Shown in pieces: positions 38,353-48,999 of a stretch of 64,000 nucleotides of DNA. The position numbers and the translations under genes were made by a program. The notes beneath the pieces are model-generated. The model made no database searches. It was not told the origin of the DNA and saw only the letters and a program-made list of their open reading frames with translations. Position 1 is the first letter of the stretch. Every line of letters begins with the position of its first letter. The stretch covers positions 232,331-296,330 of the IMG/VR virus record IMGVR_UViG_3300044633_000899. The stretch is one strand, 5' to 3'.

Positions 38353-39004
38353 CAAGTGTAAAATTGAAAAAGAACTAATAGAATTTTATAAATCAAAATC
38401 AAGTAAAGATGGTTATAATGGGTGGTGTAAAATTTGCCTTAATGAAAAAAATAATAAATGGCGTGAGAATAATAGGGATATTGTAAATCAGTGTTCTAAA
38501 AATTGGTATCAAAATAATAAAGATAAAAAATCTGAATATTTTGAAAAATATCGTTTAGAAACACCAGAAAAACTTAAAGAGACAGGAAGGAAGTATCGTG
38601 AAAAAAACAAAGAGATTATAAAACAAAAAAAGAAAATTTATAATGAAAATTATAAACAAAAAAGAAACGAACTTCGTAGAGAAAAATTAAAAACGGATAT
38701 TTTATTCAAACTCGTGAACAGCGTCAGATCTCGGTTAAGAAAATATCTAAAAACAAAAAACATAACCAAAAAAAACACAACTTTTGAAATTGTAGGTTGT
38801 ACACCCCAGGAATTAAAAGAACATTTAGAAAAACAATTTGTTGACGGAATGGGGTGGGAAAACAGATTTGAGTGGCATATTGATCATATTATACCATTAT
38901 CATCTGCTAAAACTGAGGAAGAATTATATCAGTTATGTCATTATACTAACCTACAACCACTTTGGGCTATTGACAATCTCAAAAAAAGTAACAATATTTT
39001 ATAA
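38333..39004 (+). CDS. Free-standing HNH homing endonuclease with N-terminal Cys4 zinc finger
   Basis: KICNKC...WCKIC; basic helical linker; WHIDHIIPLS...HYTNLQPLWAIDNLKKSN. Confidence 0.88.
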   Translation: METKICNKCKIEKELIEFYKSKSSKDGYNGWCKICLNEKNNKWRENNRDIVNQCSKNWYQNNKDKKSEYFEKYRLETPEKLKETGRKYREKNKEIIKQKKKIYNENYKQKRNELRREKLKTDILFKLVNSVRSRLRKYLKTKNITKKNTTFEIVGCTPQELKEHLEKQFVDGMGWENRFEWHIDHIIPLSSAKTEEELYQLCHYTNLQPLWAIDNLKKSNNIL

Positions 39005-39014
39005 AAAAAAACAA

Positions 39015-40028
39015 ATGAACGATAAATTAAAAGTAATTTCACTATTTTCCGGATACGGAACACAAGAATTGGCATTAAAGTATATTGGTGTGGATTATGA
39101 TGTTATTGCAAACTGTGATAACTTTAAGGCGGCCAACGAATGTTATGACGCACTACACACAACACAAAATGGTAACTTGGGTGATATTAGACAAGTAAAT
39201 GAGAACACTTTTCCCAATTCTGATCTATTAACATACTCTTTTCCTTGTCAGTCAATTTCTATTTCCGGTAAACAAGAAGGAATTAAAGAAGGTACAAGAA
39301 GTGGGTTATTGTATGAGGTTGAAAGACTTTTGTCTGTTAATAGACCAAAGGTTTTATTAATGGAAAACGTTAAGAACCTAGTTTCAAAGAACCACTATGA
39401 AGCGTTTAAAAAACACATTTATTTCTTACGAGGACTTGGGTATTCATCTTACTGGAGATTATTAAATGGTGCTGATTTCGGTTGCCCCCAGAATAGAGAG
39501 AGGGTTTTTATGATTTCAGTATTACACGGTAATCCAAATGAGGTTAAAGAAAAGATGATGAATGTTGATCGTTATAAAAAACCGAGAGTACCAATGTTGT
39601 CATTTATTGATAGTAATATTGATGAGTCTTTGTTTGTTGATTGTCCGTTCACCTTACACGAAGCAAAACAAAATACTGTTTGTAAATTGGTTGCAAGGAG
39701 AGATGATATTAACTATGATCAAATGAGACGTATTTATTCGTTGGATGCTTGTTCACCTTGTTTAACAACCAGTGGGTCACCACAAATTATGACACCAGAT
39801 GATAGGGTACGAACACTTACTGCTAGAGAGGGTTATAGATTTATGGGTGTTAAAGATTCTGATATTGACGTTATGTTAACAACATCGTTATCAACTAGGG
39901 CTCACATTTCATTGGCCGGTAATTCTATTTGTGTTCCAGTTATGGAAGCGATATTTAGTGAGTTTTTTGCGGATTACATTGTAGGTTCTACGGTGTCAAA
40001 TCCCCTTAATGAAACAACAAATGTCTAA
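39015..40028 (+). CDS. DNA (cytosine-5)-methyltransferase
   Basis: LFSGYG (I), FPCQ (IV), MENV (VI), QNRERVF (VIII), LAGNS (X); the ATG at 39015 is preferred over the TTG at 38838 inside the HNH gene. Confidence 0.93.
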   Translation: MNDKLKVISLFSGYGTQELALKYIGVDYDVIANCDNFKAANECYDALHTTQNGNLGDIRQVNENTFPNSDLLTYSFPCQSISISGKQEGIKEGTRSGLLYEVERLLSVNRPKVLLMENVKNLVSKNHYEAFKKHIYFLRGLGYSSYWRLLNGADFGCPQNRERVFMISVLHGNPNEVKEKMMNVDRYKKPRVPMLSFIDSNIDESLFVDCPFTLHEAKQNTVCKLVARRDDINYDQMRRIYSLDACSPCLTTSGSPQIMTPDDRVRTLTAREGYRFMGVKDSDIDVMLTTSLSTRAHISLAGNSICVPVMEAIFSEFFADYIVGSTVSNPLNETTNV

Positions 40029-41037
40029 GACCTTATTGGTTGATGGTAATAACCTACTGAAGATCGGAATACATGGTGTTAAAGACTTTTTTAATAATGG
40101 TGAACACGTTGGTGGTATTTGGCATTTTATTAATACGTTAAGAAAGTTCTTAGAAGATAACAATTATAACAAGATTGTTGTTTGTTGGGACAGTGAAACT
40201 GGATCCTCAGAGAGACGTTCGTTTTACCCCAAATACAAACTTAATCGGAAACAAAAGGGTGAAGGTGATCAAGACATTGAACATTCCTTTACACGTCAGA
40301 AAAACAGGGTAAAAGAATACCTTGAGGAAATGTTTGTTAGGCAGTTAGAGGTTGAAAATTCTGAAGCGGATGATTTAATCGCTTATTATTGTCAGATATC
40401 CCAGGATGAAGAAAAGACAATATTTTCATCTGATAGAGATTTGACACAATTAATATCTGATAAGGTGAGAATTTATTCACCACAACAAAAAAGATATTAT
40501 AATAATGGTGATAAGATTAAAATATATGAGGCCGAAATTCCCCACTATAACGTTAAGACCTATAAGATATTAACTGGTGATAGTTCAGATAATATTGATG
40601 GTATTTTTTATTTAGGTGAAAAAACATTTCTTAAATTTTTTCCTGAGATACTTGACACAGAAGTAAATTATACCGATATTTTAATAAAGGCCGAAGAATT
40701 ATTAAAGGAAAAAAAGAATTCCACTTTACAAAACCTTTTAAGTGGAAGAACTAAGGATGGTATATTTGGAAATGAGTTCTTTGTTGTAAATGAGAAATTG
40801 GTGGATTTGGATAACCCATTAATTTCAGAGGAGGGGAAAGAATTGGTTAAGTTGTATTATTCCGAAACGTTGGATCCAGATGGTAGAGGACATAGAAACT
40901 TAATTAGGATGATGATGGACGACGGATTCTTCAAGTATTTACCCAAAGGTGATGACGCTTGGGTTGGGTTTTTAAAACCATTTTTAAAGTTATCAAGAAA
41001 AGAAAAAACAAATTTTAGAAACAGAACAAAAAAGTAA
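40009..41037 (+). CDS. 5'-3' exonuclease / flap nuclease (T4 RNase H-like)
   Basis: LLVDGNN, EADDLIA, SSDRDLTQL, LTGDSSDNIDG. Confidence 0.9.
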   Translation: MKQQMSKTLLVDGNNLLKIGIHGVKDFFNNGEHVGGIWHFINTLRKFLEDNNYNKIVVCWDSETGSSERRSFYPKYKLNRKQKGEGDQDIEHSFTRQKNRVKEYLEEMFVRQLEVENSEADDLIAYYCQISQDEEKTIFSSDRDLTQLISDKVRIYSPQQKRYYNNGDKIKIYEAEIPHYNVKTYKILTGDSSDNIDGIFYLGEKTFLKFFPEILDTEVNYTDILIKAEELLKEKKNSTLQNLLSGRTKDGIFGNEFFVVNEKLVDLDNPLISEEGKELVKLYYSETLDPDGRGHRNLIRMMMDDGFFKYLPKGDDAWVGFLKPFLKLSRKEKTNFRNRTKK

Positions 41038-41040
41038 AAA

Positions 41041-41484
41041 ATGAGAGAGCAAGATGCAACAAAAATAGAATTTTTGTTAACGTGTAACGATAACATTGTC
41101 GTACAACGATTTTTTAATGTTAAGGGTTATAATAAAACTGCCCACAAATCAGAAGAGTTTTATGATTATATTAGAATGTTTTGTAATGATTTGCAAAATA
41201 ATTTAAAAATGCGAACTGTCGTATATATGTTGGAAAACAAATATGAGATTGGGGAAAATCCTGACGTGTTAAATACGTCAATAACAGAGGGTGATGAAAA
41301 TTTTAATTTATTTATTAAGGTGGATAATATGACAATTTGTCATAGAGTTTTTGATGCTAAAGTATACCCACCAAAGGTAAGATATACCGTAGACCTACGC
41401 CCAAGGCTAAAAACAATACTTACTGAGTTAACTGACATTTTTTCAGGTAAAAATTTTAATTATATCTATCCACAATTTATCTAA
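41041..41484 (+). CDS. Hypothetical protein
   Basis: 147-aa ORF tightly packed in the replication operon; no recognised motif. Confidence 0.75.
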   Translation: MREQDATKIEFLLTCNDNIVVQRFFNVKGYNKTAHKSEEFYDYIRMFCNDLQNNLKMRTVVYMLENKYEIGENPDVLNTSITEGDENFNLFIKVDNMTICHRVFDAKVYPPKVRYTVDLRPRLKTILTELTDIFSGKNFNYIYPQFI

Positions 41485-41523
41485 TATTAGTAGTATTTAT
41501 CATTACTAACAGAAAGAAAAACT

Positions 41524-42900
41524 ATGGCGACAAACAAAAACTTTGAATATCTTGGAAACAATTTCCAAATCCAGTTACTTAACCAAATCGTATTAGATAA
41601 GGAGTTTTCACATTCAATTGTGGAGGTGATTGAAAACAACTATTTTGAAAACAAATACTTTAAAATCATTATACAAATGATTAAAGAGTATCATAAAAAA
41701 TATGATCACACACCATCATTTGACACACTAGAACAGGTGGCTAAGTCTGAATTACAACAAGAAACGGCGATTAAAGTTGTTCTTGACACAATTAAGAAAA
41801 TTAAGAACGCGCCAATTGAGGGTGCCGATTTTGTACAAGAAAAAGCGTTGAAATTTTGTAAACAACAAGAGTTACAACGTGTTATGAAACAAGCACAAAA
41901 GATTATTGATGGTGGTGAGTTTGAAAACTATGATACCCTAGAGGAAATGGTTAGAGAAGCGTTGATGGTTGGGTCAAAAGATACAACAACAATGGACGTT
42001 TTTTCAAATCTAGATCAAGTGTTAGATGAAGATTATAGACACCCAATACCAATGGGAATACCTGGTATTGATAGACTATTAAAAGGTGGTTTAGCAAAAG
42101 GTGAATTGGGGGTTATCTTGGCACCAACAGGTGTGGGTAAATCAACAATCTTAACAAAGATTGCTAATCATGCGTATAACCTTGGATTTAATGTCTTACA
42201 AATATTCTTTGAAGACAACCCTAAAGTAATCCAGAGAAAACATTTCACACTTTGGACTAAGATTCATCCTGATGAATTATCAGAAAAAAAAGATGAGGTA
42301 ATGACTAAAGTTAGGGATATTGAAAAAACAATGTCAAACACATTAGATTTAAAAAAATTACCATCTGACACTAAAACAATGTCACAAATAAAAAACGAGA
42401 TTCGTAAAATGATTGGTGACGGTATTAAAGTGGATATGGTTGTATTAGATTATATTGACTGTGTTTTACCAGATAAAAACTTAGGTGACGAATGGAAAAG
42501 TGAAGGGTCCGTAATGAGAGGTTTTGAGGCTATGTGTCACGAATTAAATCTTGTGGGGTGGACAGCAACCCAAGGAAATCGATCAAGTATTTCATCACAA
42601 GTTGTTACAACAGACCAAATGGGTGGTTCAATTAAGAAAGCACAAGTAGGTCACGTTATTATATCTATAGCGAAATCGTTACAACAAAAAGAGATGAAGT
42701 TAGCAACAATCGCAATTACCAAATCCAGAATCGGAGATGATGGTGTTGTATTTGAAAATTGTAAATTTGATAATAGTATGATTGAAATTGATACAGAATC
42801 AACAACAACATTCCTTGGTATTGAAGAACAAAAAGAAGAACGCCAACGACAAAGAGTTAAGGAATTGTTGGAAAGAAGAAAAGAAAGAGAAGGTAAATAA
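41524..42900 (+). CDS. dnaB: Replicative DnaB/gp41-like helicase
   Basis: [30 protein letters not shown] arginine finger. Confidence 0.9.
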   Translation: MATNKNFEYLGNNFQIQLLNQIVLDKEFSHSIVEVIENNYFENKYFKIIIQMIKEYHKKYDHTPSFDTLEQVAKSELQQETAIKVVLDTIKKIKNAPIEGADFVQEKALKFCKQQELQRVMKQAQKIIDGGEFENYDTLEEMVREALMVGSKDTTTMDVFSNLDQVLDEDYRHPIPMGIPGIDRLLKGGLAKGELGVILAPTGVGKSTILTKIANHAYNLGFNVLQIFFEDNPKVIQRKHFTLWTKIHPDELSEKKDEVMTKVRDIEKTMSNTLDLKKLPSDTKTMSQIKNEIRKMIGDGIKVDMVVLDYIDCVLPDKNLGDEWKSEGSVMRGFEAMCHELNLVGWTATQGNRSSISSQVVTTDQMGGSIKKAQVGHVIISIAKSLQQKEMKLATIAITKSRIGDDGVVFENCKFDNSMIEIDTESTTTFLGIEEQKEERQRQRVKELLERRKEREGK

Positions 42901-42923
42901 TAAAAATAATTAAAATAAAGAAT

Positions 42924-43871
42924 ATGGAAAAAATATTAGTAAATAACCCCAACCGATTTGTGATTTTCCCAATTGAACATAATGACATTTGGGATTATTA
43001 TAAACAACATCAAGCGGCTTTCTGGACGGCAGAAGAAGTTGATTTGACAAATGACATTAGAGACTGGGAAGGCTTAACTGAAAATGAAAAATATTTCATT
43101 AAAAATGTGTTATCATTTTTTGCAGCGTCTGATGGGATTGTTAATGAGAATTTAGCGGAAAACTTTTATAGAGAGGTACAATACCCTGAAGCAAAATTCT
43201 TTTATGGATTTCAGTTGGCAATGGAAAACATTCATTCATTAATGTATTCATTGTTAATTGATACGTACATTACAGATCAAAAAGAAAAGGATGAATGTTT
43301 TAATGCAATTGATAGATTACCAGCGGTACAAAAAAAGGCAAAATGGGCTTTAGAATGGATTGAAAACGCGTCGTTCGCGGAACGTTTAGTTGCGTTTGCT
43401 GCAGTTGAAGGTATATTCTTCTCAGGTTCGTTCTGTTCTATCTTCTGGTTAAAATCTAGGGGTATTATGCAGGGGTTATGTAATGCTAACACATTGATTT
43501 TTAAAGATGAAAATCTACATTGTGATTTTGCTATCCATTTGTTGAATAATCACTTAGAAAATAAACCATCAGAAGACCGAATTAAAGAAATACTATTATC
43601 GGCACTTGAGATTGAAAAAGAATTTATAACAGAATCATTATCGGTATCGTTAATTGGGATGAACTCAAACTTAATGAAACAATACCTTGAGTTTGTTGTT
43701 GACGGATTACTACTTAAATTTGGTTGTAGTAAACACTTCAATGTTGAACAACCGTTTAAATTTATGGAACAAATTGCTCTTGAAACAAAAGGTAATTTCT
43801 TTGAATCAAGAACAATGGAATATCAAAAAGCCAAATTAAATGAAACAATAACATTCACGGAGGATTTTTAA
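42924..43871 (+). CDS. nrdB: Class Ia ribonucleotide reductase beta subunit
   Basis: [41 protein letters not shown]. Confidence 0.96.
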   Translation: MEKILVNNPNRFVIFPIEHNDIWDYYKQHQAAFWTAEEVDLTNDIRDWEGLTENEKYFIKNVLSFFAASDGIVNENLAENFYREVQYPEAKFFYGFQLAMENIHSLMYSLLIDTYITDQKEKDECFNAIDRLPAVQKKAKWALEWIENASFAERLVAFAAVEGIFFSGSFCSIFWLKSRGIMQGLCNANTLIFKDENLHCDFAIHLLNNHLENKPSEDRIKEILLSALEIEKEFITESLSVSLIGMNSNLMKQYLEFVVDGLLLKFGCSKHFNVEQPFKFMEQIALETKGNFFESRTMEYQKAKLNETITFTEDF

Positions 43872-43881
43872 AATATAATTT

Positions 43882-46299
43882 ATGTCACTAAAAATAATTA
43901 AACGAGATGGGGAGATCGTATCATTTAATCCCCAAAAAATATACAACAGAATTAAAAAATCCGCTAAAGGGTTAAATGTTAACTCTGATGAAATCTTTAT
44001 TAAAGTAATTACATCTGTACCAACAGAAGGTGAAGTAACAACAAAGGAGTTGGACAAGTTGGTATATGAGATTGCTGCGGCGTATACAGGTAGTCACCAC
44101 GACTACTCAAGGTTAGCGGCAACGGTTGCAATATCATCATATCACAAAGAAACAAACCCTAGTTTTACACAAACAATGTTTGAACTTTATGAAGAAGGTA
44201 TTATTAACGATATACTAATTGAAACAATTAAAGAGTATGGTGAAGAAAATATTGACGCAATAATTGAACACGAAAACGATTATAACTTTGATTATTTTGC
44301 TTGGAGATCGTTACAAGAAATGTATTTATTAAAAAAATCAAACGGTAAAACGATTGAAAGACCTCAACATATGTATATGCGTGTTGCATTGTGGACAACC
44401 AATACTTTTGAAGAGGCTGTTGATTATTATAAATCATTGTCAAAACAATTAATTTCCAAAGCAACACCAATTATGATTAATTCTGGAACAAAAGTTCCTC
44501 AATTAGCATCGTGTGTATTACATTATAATAATGCGGATTCAAGACAAGGTCTTTTGGATACATTGACAGATATCTCAACGTTTTCATCTGATGCCGCGGG
44601 GATTGGATTAGCAATGTCTAATATCCGAAGTAAAGAAAGTAGAATATCAACATCTGGTGGTTATGCTGGTGGTTTATTGAAATACCTTAAAATTGTTAAT
44701 GAATCATTAAGATTTTTTAACCAACAAGGTCGTAGACCAGGATCCGCGGCAATTTATTTAGAACCTTGGCATAAGGACATTATTGATTTATTGGAAATCA
44801 AGAAAAACACAGGAGCTGAAGAACTAAGAGCCCGTGATCTATTCACAGCGCTTTGGATACCAGATAATTTTATGGAAGCGGTTAAGAACAATGGTGACTG
44901 GTATTTATTTTGTCCAAGTGATATTATTAAATCTGGGTTAAAACCACTACAAGATACTTATGGTGATGAATATGAAACAAACTATAATAAGGCGGTTAGT
45001 TTAGGTTTAGGTAAAAAAGTTAAGGCACAAGATATATGGTCAAAAATCATTGAATCACAAGTTGAAACTGGTGTTCCTTATTTATGTGCTAAGGATAGTG
45101 CTAATAAAAAAACCAACCATCAAAACATTGGGGTTCTTAAACAATCCAACCTCTGCTCCGAAATTTTCCAAACGACGGATGAGGCAACCACCGCGATTTG
45201 CAGTCTATCATCAATAGTTATAAAGAATTTTATACAAGGGGGTAAATTTAATCACGAGTTATTATTCCAAGAGGTTAGAAAGGTTGTGAGATCGTTAAAT
45301 AAAGTAATTGATATAAACAACTACTCAACAGAAAAGGGTAGAAAGGGTGGTCTAGAACAACGAGCAATTGCTATTGGTGTACAAGGACTTGCGGATGTTT
45401 TTTACTTAATGGATTATATCTTCACATCAGAAGAAGCAAAACGACTTAATAAAGAAATATTTGAAACGATATACTATGGTGCGATTTACGAAAGTAATCA
45501 ACTATGTATTGAGGGTAAATATAAACCATATGACTATTTTGATGGGTCACCGATGTCACAAGGTGTGTTTCAATTTGATATGTGGGGGTTAAATGAGGGT
45601 AGTTTATTTTGGGATTGGTCAACATTAAAAGAAAACGTTATTAAACACGGTATTTGTAACTCACTATTTACTGCTCAGATGCCAGTAGCCTCGTCGGCAA
45701 AAATTACCGGTTCATATGAAATGACAGAACCAGCACATTCCGCAATATTTAATAGACGTGTTGTTGGGGGTGAAATTACGATTGTTAACAAGTATTTAAT
45801 TAATGATTTTGAAAAAATTGGAATATGGTGTGAGGATTTAAAGAATGAAATTATTATGAACGAAGGTTCAGTCCAAAATATCAATTTTAATAATTACCTT
45901 GATCCAGAAGATAAAAATTATATTAAAAAGGTAAAAAGAATTGAACATCTAATACCAAAATATAAAACAATCTGGGAGATATCACAAAAACAACTTATTG
46001 ATATGGCAACAGATAGAGCGCCTTTTATTGATCAATCACAATCAATGAATATCTATATGGCAGACCCAACACTATCAAAAATCACATCATCACATTTTCA
46101 TTCTTGGGAAAGTGGTTTAAAAACATTGTGTTATTATGTTAGAACAAAGGCTATCTCAACTGGGGCGAAACATTTGGCTGTAGACATTACAAAAAGAGAA
46201 ACACCAAAACAGGAACAACCAAAAATAAATTATACAAATATTAATTTACCACCAAAACCCGAAAATTCTGACTTTGAATGTTTTGGATGTTCATCATAA
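43882..46299 (+). CDS. nrdA: Class Ia ribonucleotide reductase alpha subunit with ATP cone
   Basis: N-terminal ATP cone (IIKRDG), QLASC, SNLCSEI, MPVASS, YYVR, C-terminal CFGC. Confidence 0.96.
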   Translation: MSLKIIKRDGEIVSFNPQKIYNRIKKSAKGLNVNSDEIFIKVITSVPTEGEVTTKELDKLVYEIAAAYTGSHHDYSRLAATVAISSYHKETNPSFTQTMFELYEEGIINDILIETIKEYGEENIDAIIEHENDYNFDYFAWRSLQEMYLLKKSNGKTIERPQHMYMRVALWTTNTFEEAVDYYKSLSKQLISKATPIMINSGTKVPQLASCVLHYNNADSRQGLLDTLTDISTFSSDAAGIGLAMSNIRSKESRISTSGGYAGGLLKYLKIVNESLRFFNQQGRRPGSAAIYLEPWHKDIIDLLEIKKNTGAEELRARDLFTALWIPDNFMEAVKNNGDWYLFCPSDIIKSGLKPLQDTYGDEYETNYNKAVSLGLGKKVKAQDIWSKIIESQVETGVPYLCAKDSANKKTNHQNIGVLKQSNLCSEIFQTTDEATTAICSLSSIVIKNFIQGGKFNHELLFQEVRKVVRSLNKVIDINNYSTEKGRKGGLEQRAIAIGVQGLADVFYLMDYIFTSEEAKRLNKEIFETIYYGAIYESNQLCIEGKYKPYDYFDGSPMSQGVFQFDMWGLNEGSLFWDWSTLKENVIKHGICNSLFTAQMPVASSAKITGSYEMTEPAHSAIFNRRVVGGEITIVNKYLINDFEKIGIWCEDLKNEIIMNEGSVQNINFNNYLDPEDKNYIKKVKRIEHLIPKYKTIWEISQKQLIDMATDRAPFIDQSQSMNIYMADPTLSKITSSHFHSWESGLKTLCYYVRTKAISTGAKHLAVDITKRETPKQEQPKINYTNINLPPKPENSDFECFGCSS

Positions 46300-46304
46300 A
46301 ATAT

Positions 46305-46333
46305 AAAAAACCACTAATTAGTGGTTTTTTTTT
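46305..46333. terminator. Palindromic (bidirectional-type) terminator
   Basis: AAAAAACCACTAATTAGTGGTTTTTT is a perfect palindrome. Confidence 0.75.
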
Positions 46334-46364
46334 GTTATAACGATATATTTATAAATAAAAAATT

Positions 46365-47051
46365 ATGAAATTAATTATTACAGAAGAAGAAAAAAATAGA
46401 ATACTTGGTATGCACCAATCGGCAACCTCAAGACAGTATTTAAAGGAAAATACGGGATATGATAGTTCTGGTGGTGCGCCAATAAATGATGGGTCTGGTG
46501 CTTATAATTATTTTATGGGTTTAATAAAAAAAACTGGAAAATTAGATAAAAACACTGCTTGGCTCGGTAAAACGACATATTGGATTGTAACACAACCTTG
46601 GCAAGAAGGAACCGGTACCATTCCTGGAAATTTTGCTTATTTAACAATGAGAGGAATTGTGAAGAGAAATGGTCTTTATTTTGACGTTTCAAATGATAAT
46701 GAATCTATCACAACATTCAAGTTAGGAAAAACAAATGCTGATTCATTTTTGATTGCCGAAACAGCAAATGAAGTTGAAAATTGGTTACCAAACACACAAA
46801 CATTAAAATCACTAGGTGCGGGAACTCCAGGTGGAAATATGGGACTTGTAGGTGGTTTAACAAATTTTAAATCAATGGTTAAAAATTTACCTAATAAGGA
46901 CCTTTTATTAAAAAATTATGTTAATGCGTCAGCTCAACCTAATTTTAAAAATGCAGTACCACAAGATCAGATGGATTTATACACAACATCCGCAACATCC
47001 GTTAAACCAGCAACATCCGTTAAACCAGCAACACCAACAAAACCACAATAA
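46365..47051 (+). CDS. Protein with ITEEEK..RILGMH leader and C-terminal ATPTKP tag
   Basis: Leader shared with 47058; ends SATSVKPATSVKPATPTKPQ*. Confidence 0.75.
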   Translation: MKLIITEEEKNRILGMHQSATSRQYLKENTGYDSSGGAPINDGSGAYNYFMGLIKKTGKLDKNTAWLGKTTYWIVTQPWQEGTGTIPGNFAYLTMRGIVKRNGLYFDVSNDNESITTFKLGKTNADSFLIAETANEVENWLPNTQTLKSLGAGTPGGNMGLVGGLTNFKSMVKNLPNKDLLLKNYVNASAQPNFKNAVPQDQMDLYTTSATSVKPATSVKPATPTKPQ

Positions 47052-47057
47052 AAAATA

Positions 47058-47846
47058 ATGAAAAAATTCTTAATAACAGAAGAAGAAAAATCAAGAATAC
47101 TTGGTATGCACAAAAGTGCAATTGCTAGAGAATTTTTAGGTGAACAAGGAACTCCAGCAGTACCAACAGGTACACAACCAGCACAACAACCAGCAACTCC
47201 AGTAGTCGCGCCGGTAGCCGCAGGAACACAACCAGCACAACAACCGAATCCAACATTGGATCGTTTAAATCAACTTATGGGTACGTCATTACCTCAAAAC
47301 GCAAGAAACGAAGACGTAATTAATGCGTATAAAACATATTTGGGTACAGATATTAATGGTATGGTTGGTAAAACGATTGTTGTGTTTAAAAACGCAAACA
47401 CAGCAAACCCAACAATTTTAGGTTCTACAATTGCTTCTGAATTTATTATTGGATCATTATACTTTAATGGTACTAATACAACCTGGGTTTGGAAAACACC
47501 AATTAAAACTAACTTTAATGAAAGTGACCAAGAGAATAATTACACCGTTACAGATGGCGTTAACGCAATAAGAAAGGGTGTAAGTTTATTCACATTACAA
47601 GGTGGTGCAGTTACAGACTTACAAAACATTGGTTTAGTAAAACAAAGACTAACACCACTTGTTGGTACTTTTGGTATGGTAGCAAAAAATCAGACACCAT
47701 ACTCAAGTTGGGTAACTAAAGCGAACCCACAAAATACAGACACAGGATTTTTTACTATAACACCATTTATTGCCGGCACTGGATCACAATTATCATCAAC
47801 GATTACACCGATTGCGGCAACACCAGCAACACCAACAAAACCATAA
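47058..47846 (+). CDS. Protein with ITEEEK..RILGMH leader, Pro/Gln-rich linker and C-terminal ATPTKP tag
   Basis: Leader shared with 46365; GTQPAQQP twice; ends ATPATPTKP*. Confidence 0.75.
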   Translation: MKKFLITEEEKSRILGMHKSAIAREFLGEQGTPAVPTGTQPAQQPATPVVAPVAAGTQPAQQPNPTLDRLNQLMGTSLPQNARNEDVINAYKTYLGTDINGMVGKTIVVFKNANTANPTILGSTIASEFIIGSLYFNGTNTTWVWKTPIKTNFNESDQENNYTVTDGVNAIRKGVSLFTLQGGAVTDLQNIGLVKQRLTPLVGTFGMVAKNQTPYSSWVTKANPQNTDTGFFTITPFIAGTGSQLSSTITPIAATPATPTKP

Positions 47847-47880
47847 AAATAAACAATAATATATTTATAAATAAAAAACA

Positions 47881-48375
47881 ATGAAAAAAATAATTAGATT
47901 AACAGAATCAGATCTTACAAGAATTGTAAGACGTGTGATTAAAGAACAAGGTGTTAGAACTCTTGTACCATTAACAATTTCGGTACCATTTAGAAAAGAC
48001 TCAACAGGTCAAATGGTTTTTGACCCAAATTATCAAGTTAAAATTTTTGCAAAGAATGGTGAAGGGACAGAACAAACTAGTTTGGAAAACTACACAAAAA
48101 TTGTAGGTCTCCAAATAACAAGTGAGTATTTTGTGAATCCAGTTACTAAAAAAGATGCTGCAGGAAATATCGTAGGTTCTTTCTCAATCGGAAATCAAAA
48201 AAACCTTGGAACTTACTTGAAAAACCAAGTAGGAAAAACAACACCTTTTTCGGATCAAAGTATTTCAATAACTATAGGTCAAGTACCTTCTGGTTCAACA
48301 ATAGTATACGGTGGTGGAACAAAATTTGTAATGTACGACACTGGTGCTAAAGTAGCAACACCAACAAAACCATAA
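47881..48375 (+). CDS. Protein with LTExDLxRIV leader and C-terminal ATPTKP tag
   Basis: MKKIIRLTESDLTRIVRRVIKEQ; ends KVATPTKP*. Confidence 0.75.
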   Translation: MKKIIRLTESDLTRIVRRVIKEQGVRTLVPLTISVPFRKDSTGQMVFDPNYQVKIFAKNGEGTEQTSLENYTKIVGLQITSEYFVNPVTKKDAAGNIVGSFSIGNQKNLGTYLKNQVGKTTPFSDQSISITIGQVPSGSTIVYGGGTKFVMYDTGAKVATPTKP

Positions 48376-48379
48376 TAAA

Positions 48380-48405
48380 AAAAACCCATCTTTTGATGGG
48401 TTTTT
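48380..48405. terminator. Bidirectional terminator between convergent genes
   Basis: AAAAACCCATC-tttt-GATGGGTTTTT. Confidence 0.85.
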
Positions 48406-48409
48406 CATT

Positions 48410-48826
48410 TTAAGAACCTTTTACAATTATAAAGTCTGAGAATTTGGTTAACTCAATAAAATTATCTGTGTTTGAAAACCAAGTTACTTGTTCGTTATCA
48501 ATATCGGTATTAATAACCATCCAGATGTTATATTCGTCAATTAAAAACTTAACTAAGATAACACCATCTTTATCATCAAAGGTAATTTCACCCTCACTCA
48601 AAACAATGTTGTTTTTGATGTGTGTGAATGACTTGTTTGTTAAATCAATGTTATATGTACTATTAACTTTTCTATATTCATAAACTAAACTGTCGTCATT
48701 AATAAGATTAAAAACACTGGTGTCATAACCATATGTGTCAATAACACCTGACACCTCAATTTTAATAACTTGTGAATTAACAGAAGTTGTAAATAACAGA
48801 CATAAAATAAAAATAATTGTTTTCAT
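48410..48826 (-). CDS. Exported beta-rich protein with Sec signal peptide
   Basis: MKTIIFILCLLFTTSVNS|Q signal peptide with Gln at +1; TATCTTTG (-7 type) motif upstream at 48856-48863. Confidence 0.7.
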   Translation of the reverse strand: MKTIIFILCLLFTTSVNSQVIKIEVSGVIDTYGYDTSVFNLINDDSLVYEYRKVNSTYNIDLTNKSFTHIKNNIVLSEGEITFDDKDGVILVKFLIDEYNIWMVINTDIDNEQVTWFSNTDNFIELTKFSDFIIVKGS

Positions 48827-48999
48827 AATGTTTGGGTTTTAAATTATTAATACATCAAAGATATATATATTACTAAAACAAACGTAAATTTTAACATTTT
48901 TTAACAATTTGTCTTTTATATAAATATTTGAGAATGTTCCAGAACACAACAACATCTTTTTTCTTTATATAAAACAACCAACCATTATATTTATTAAAT

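Noticed and set aside
38838-39014. N-terminal extension of the methyltransferase
   Set aside because: It starts at a TTG inside the HNH gene; motif I follows directly after the ATG at 39015.
1947-46299. Inteins or introns in polB, SNF2, DnaB, nrdA, nrdB
   Set aside because: ORFs are continuous, of ordinary length, with no recognisable splice-junction or LAGLIDADG blocks.
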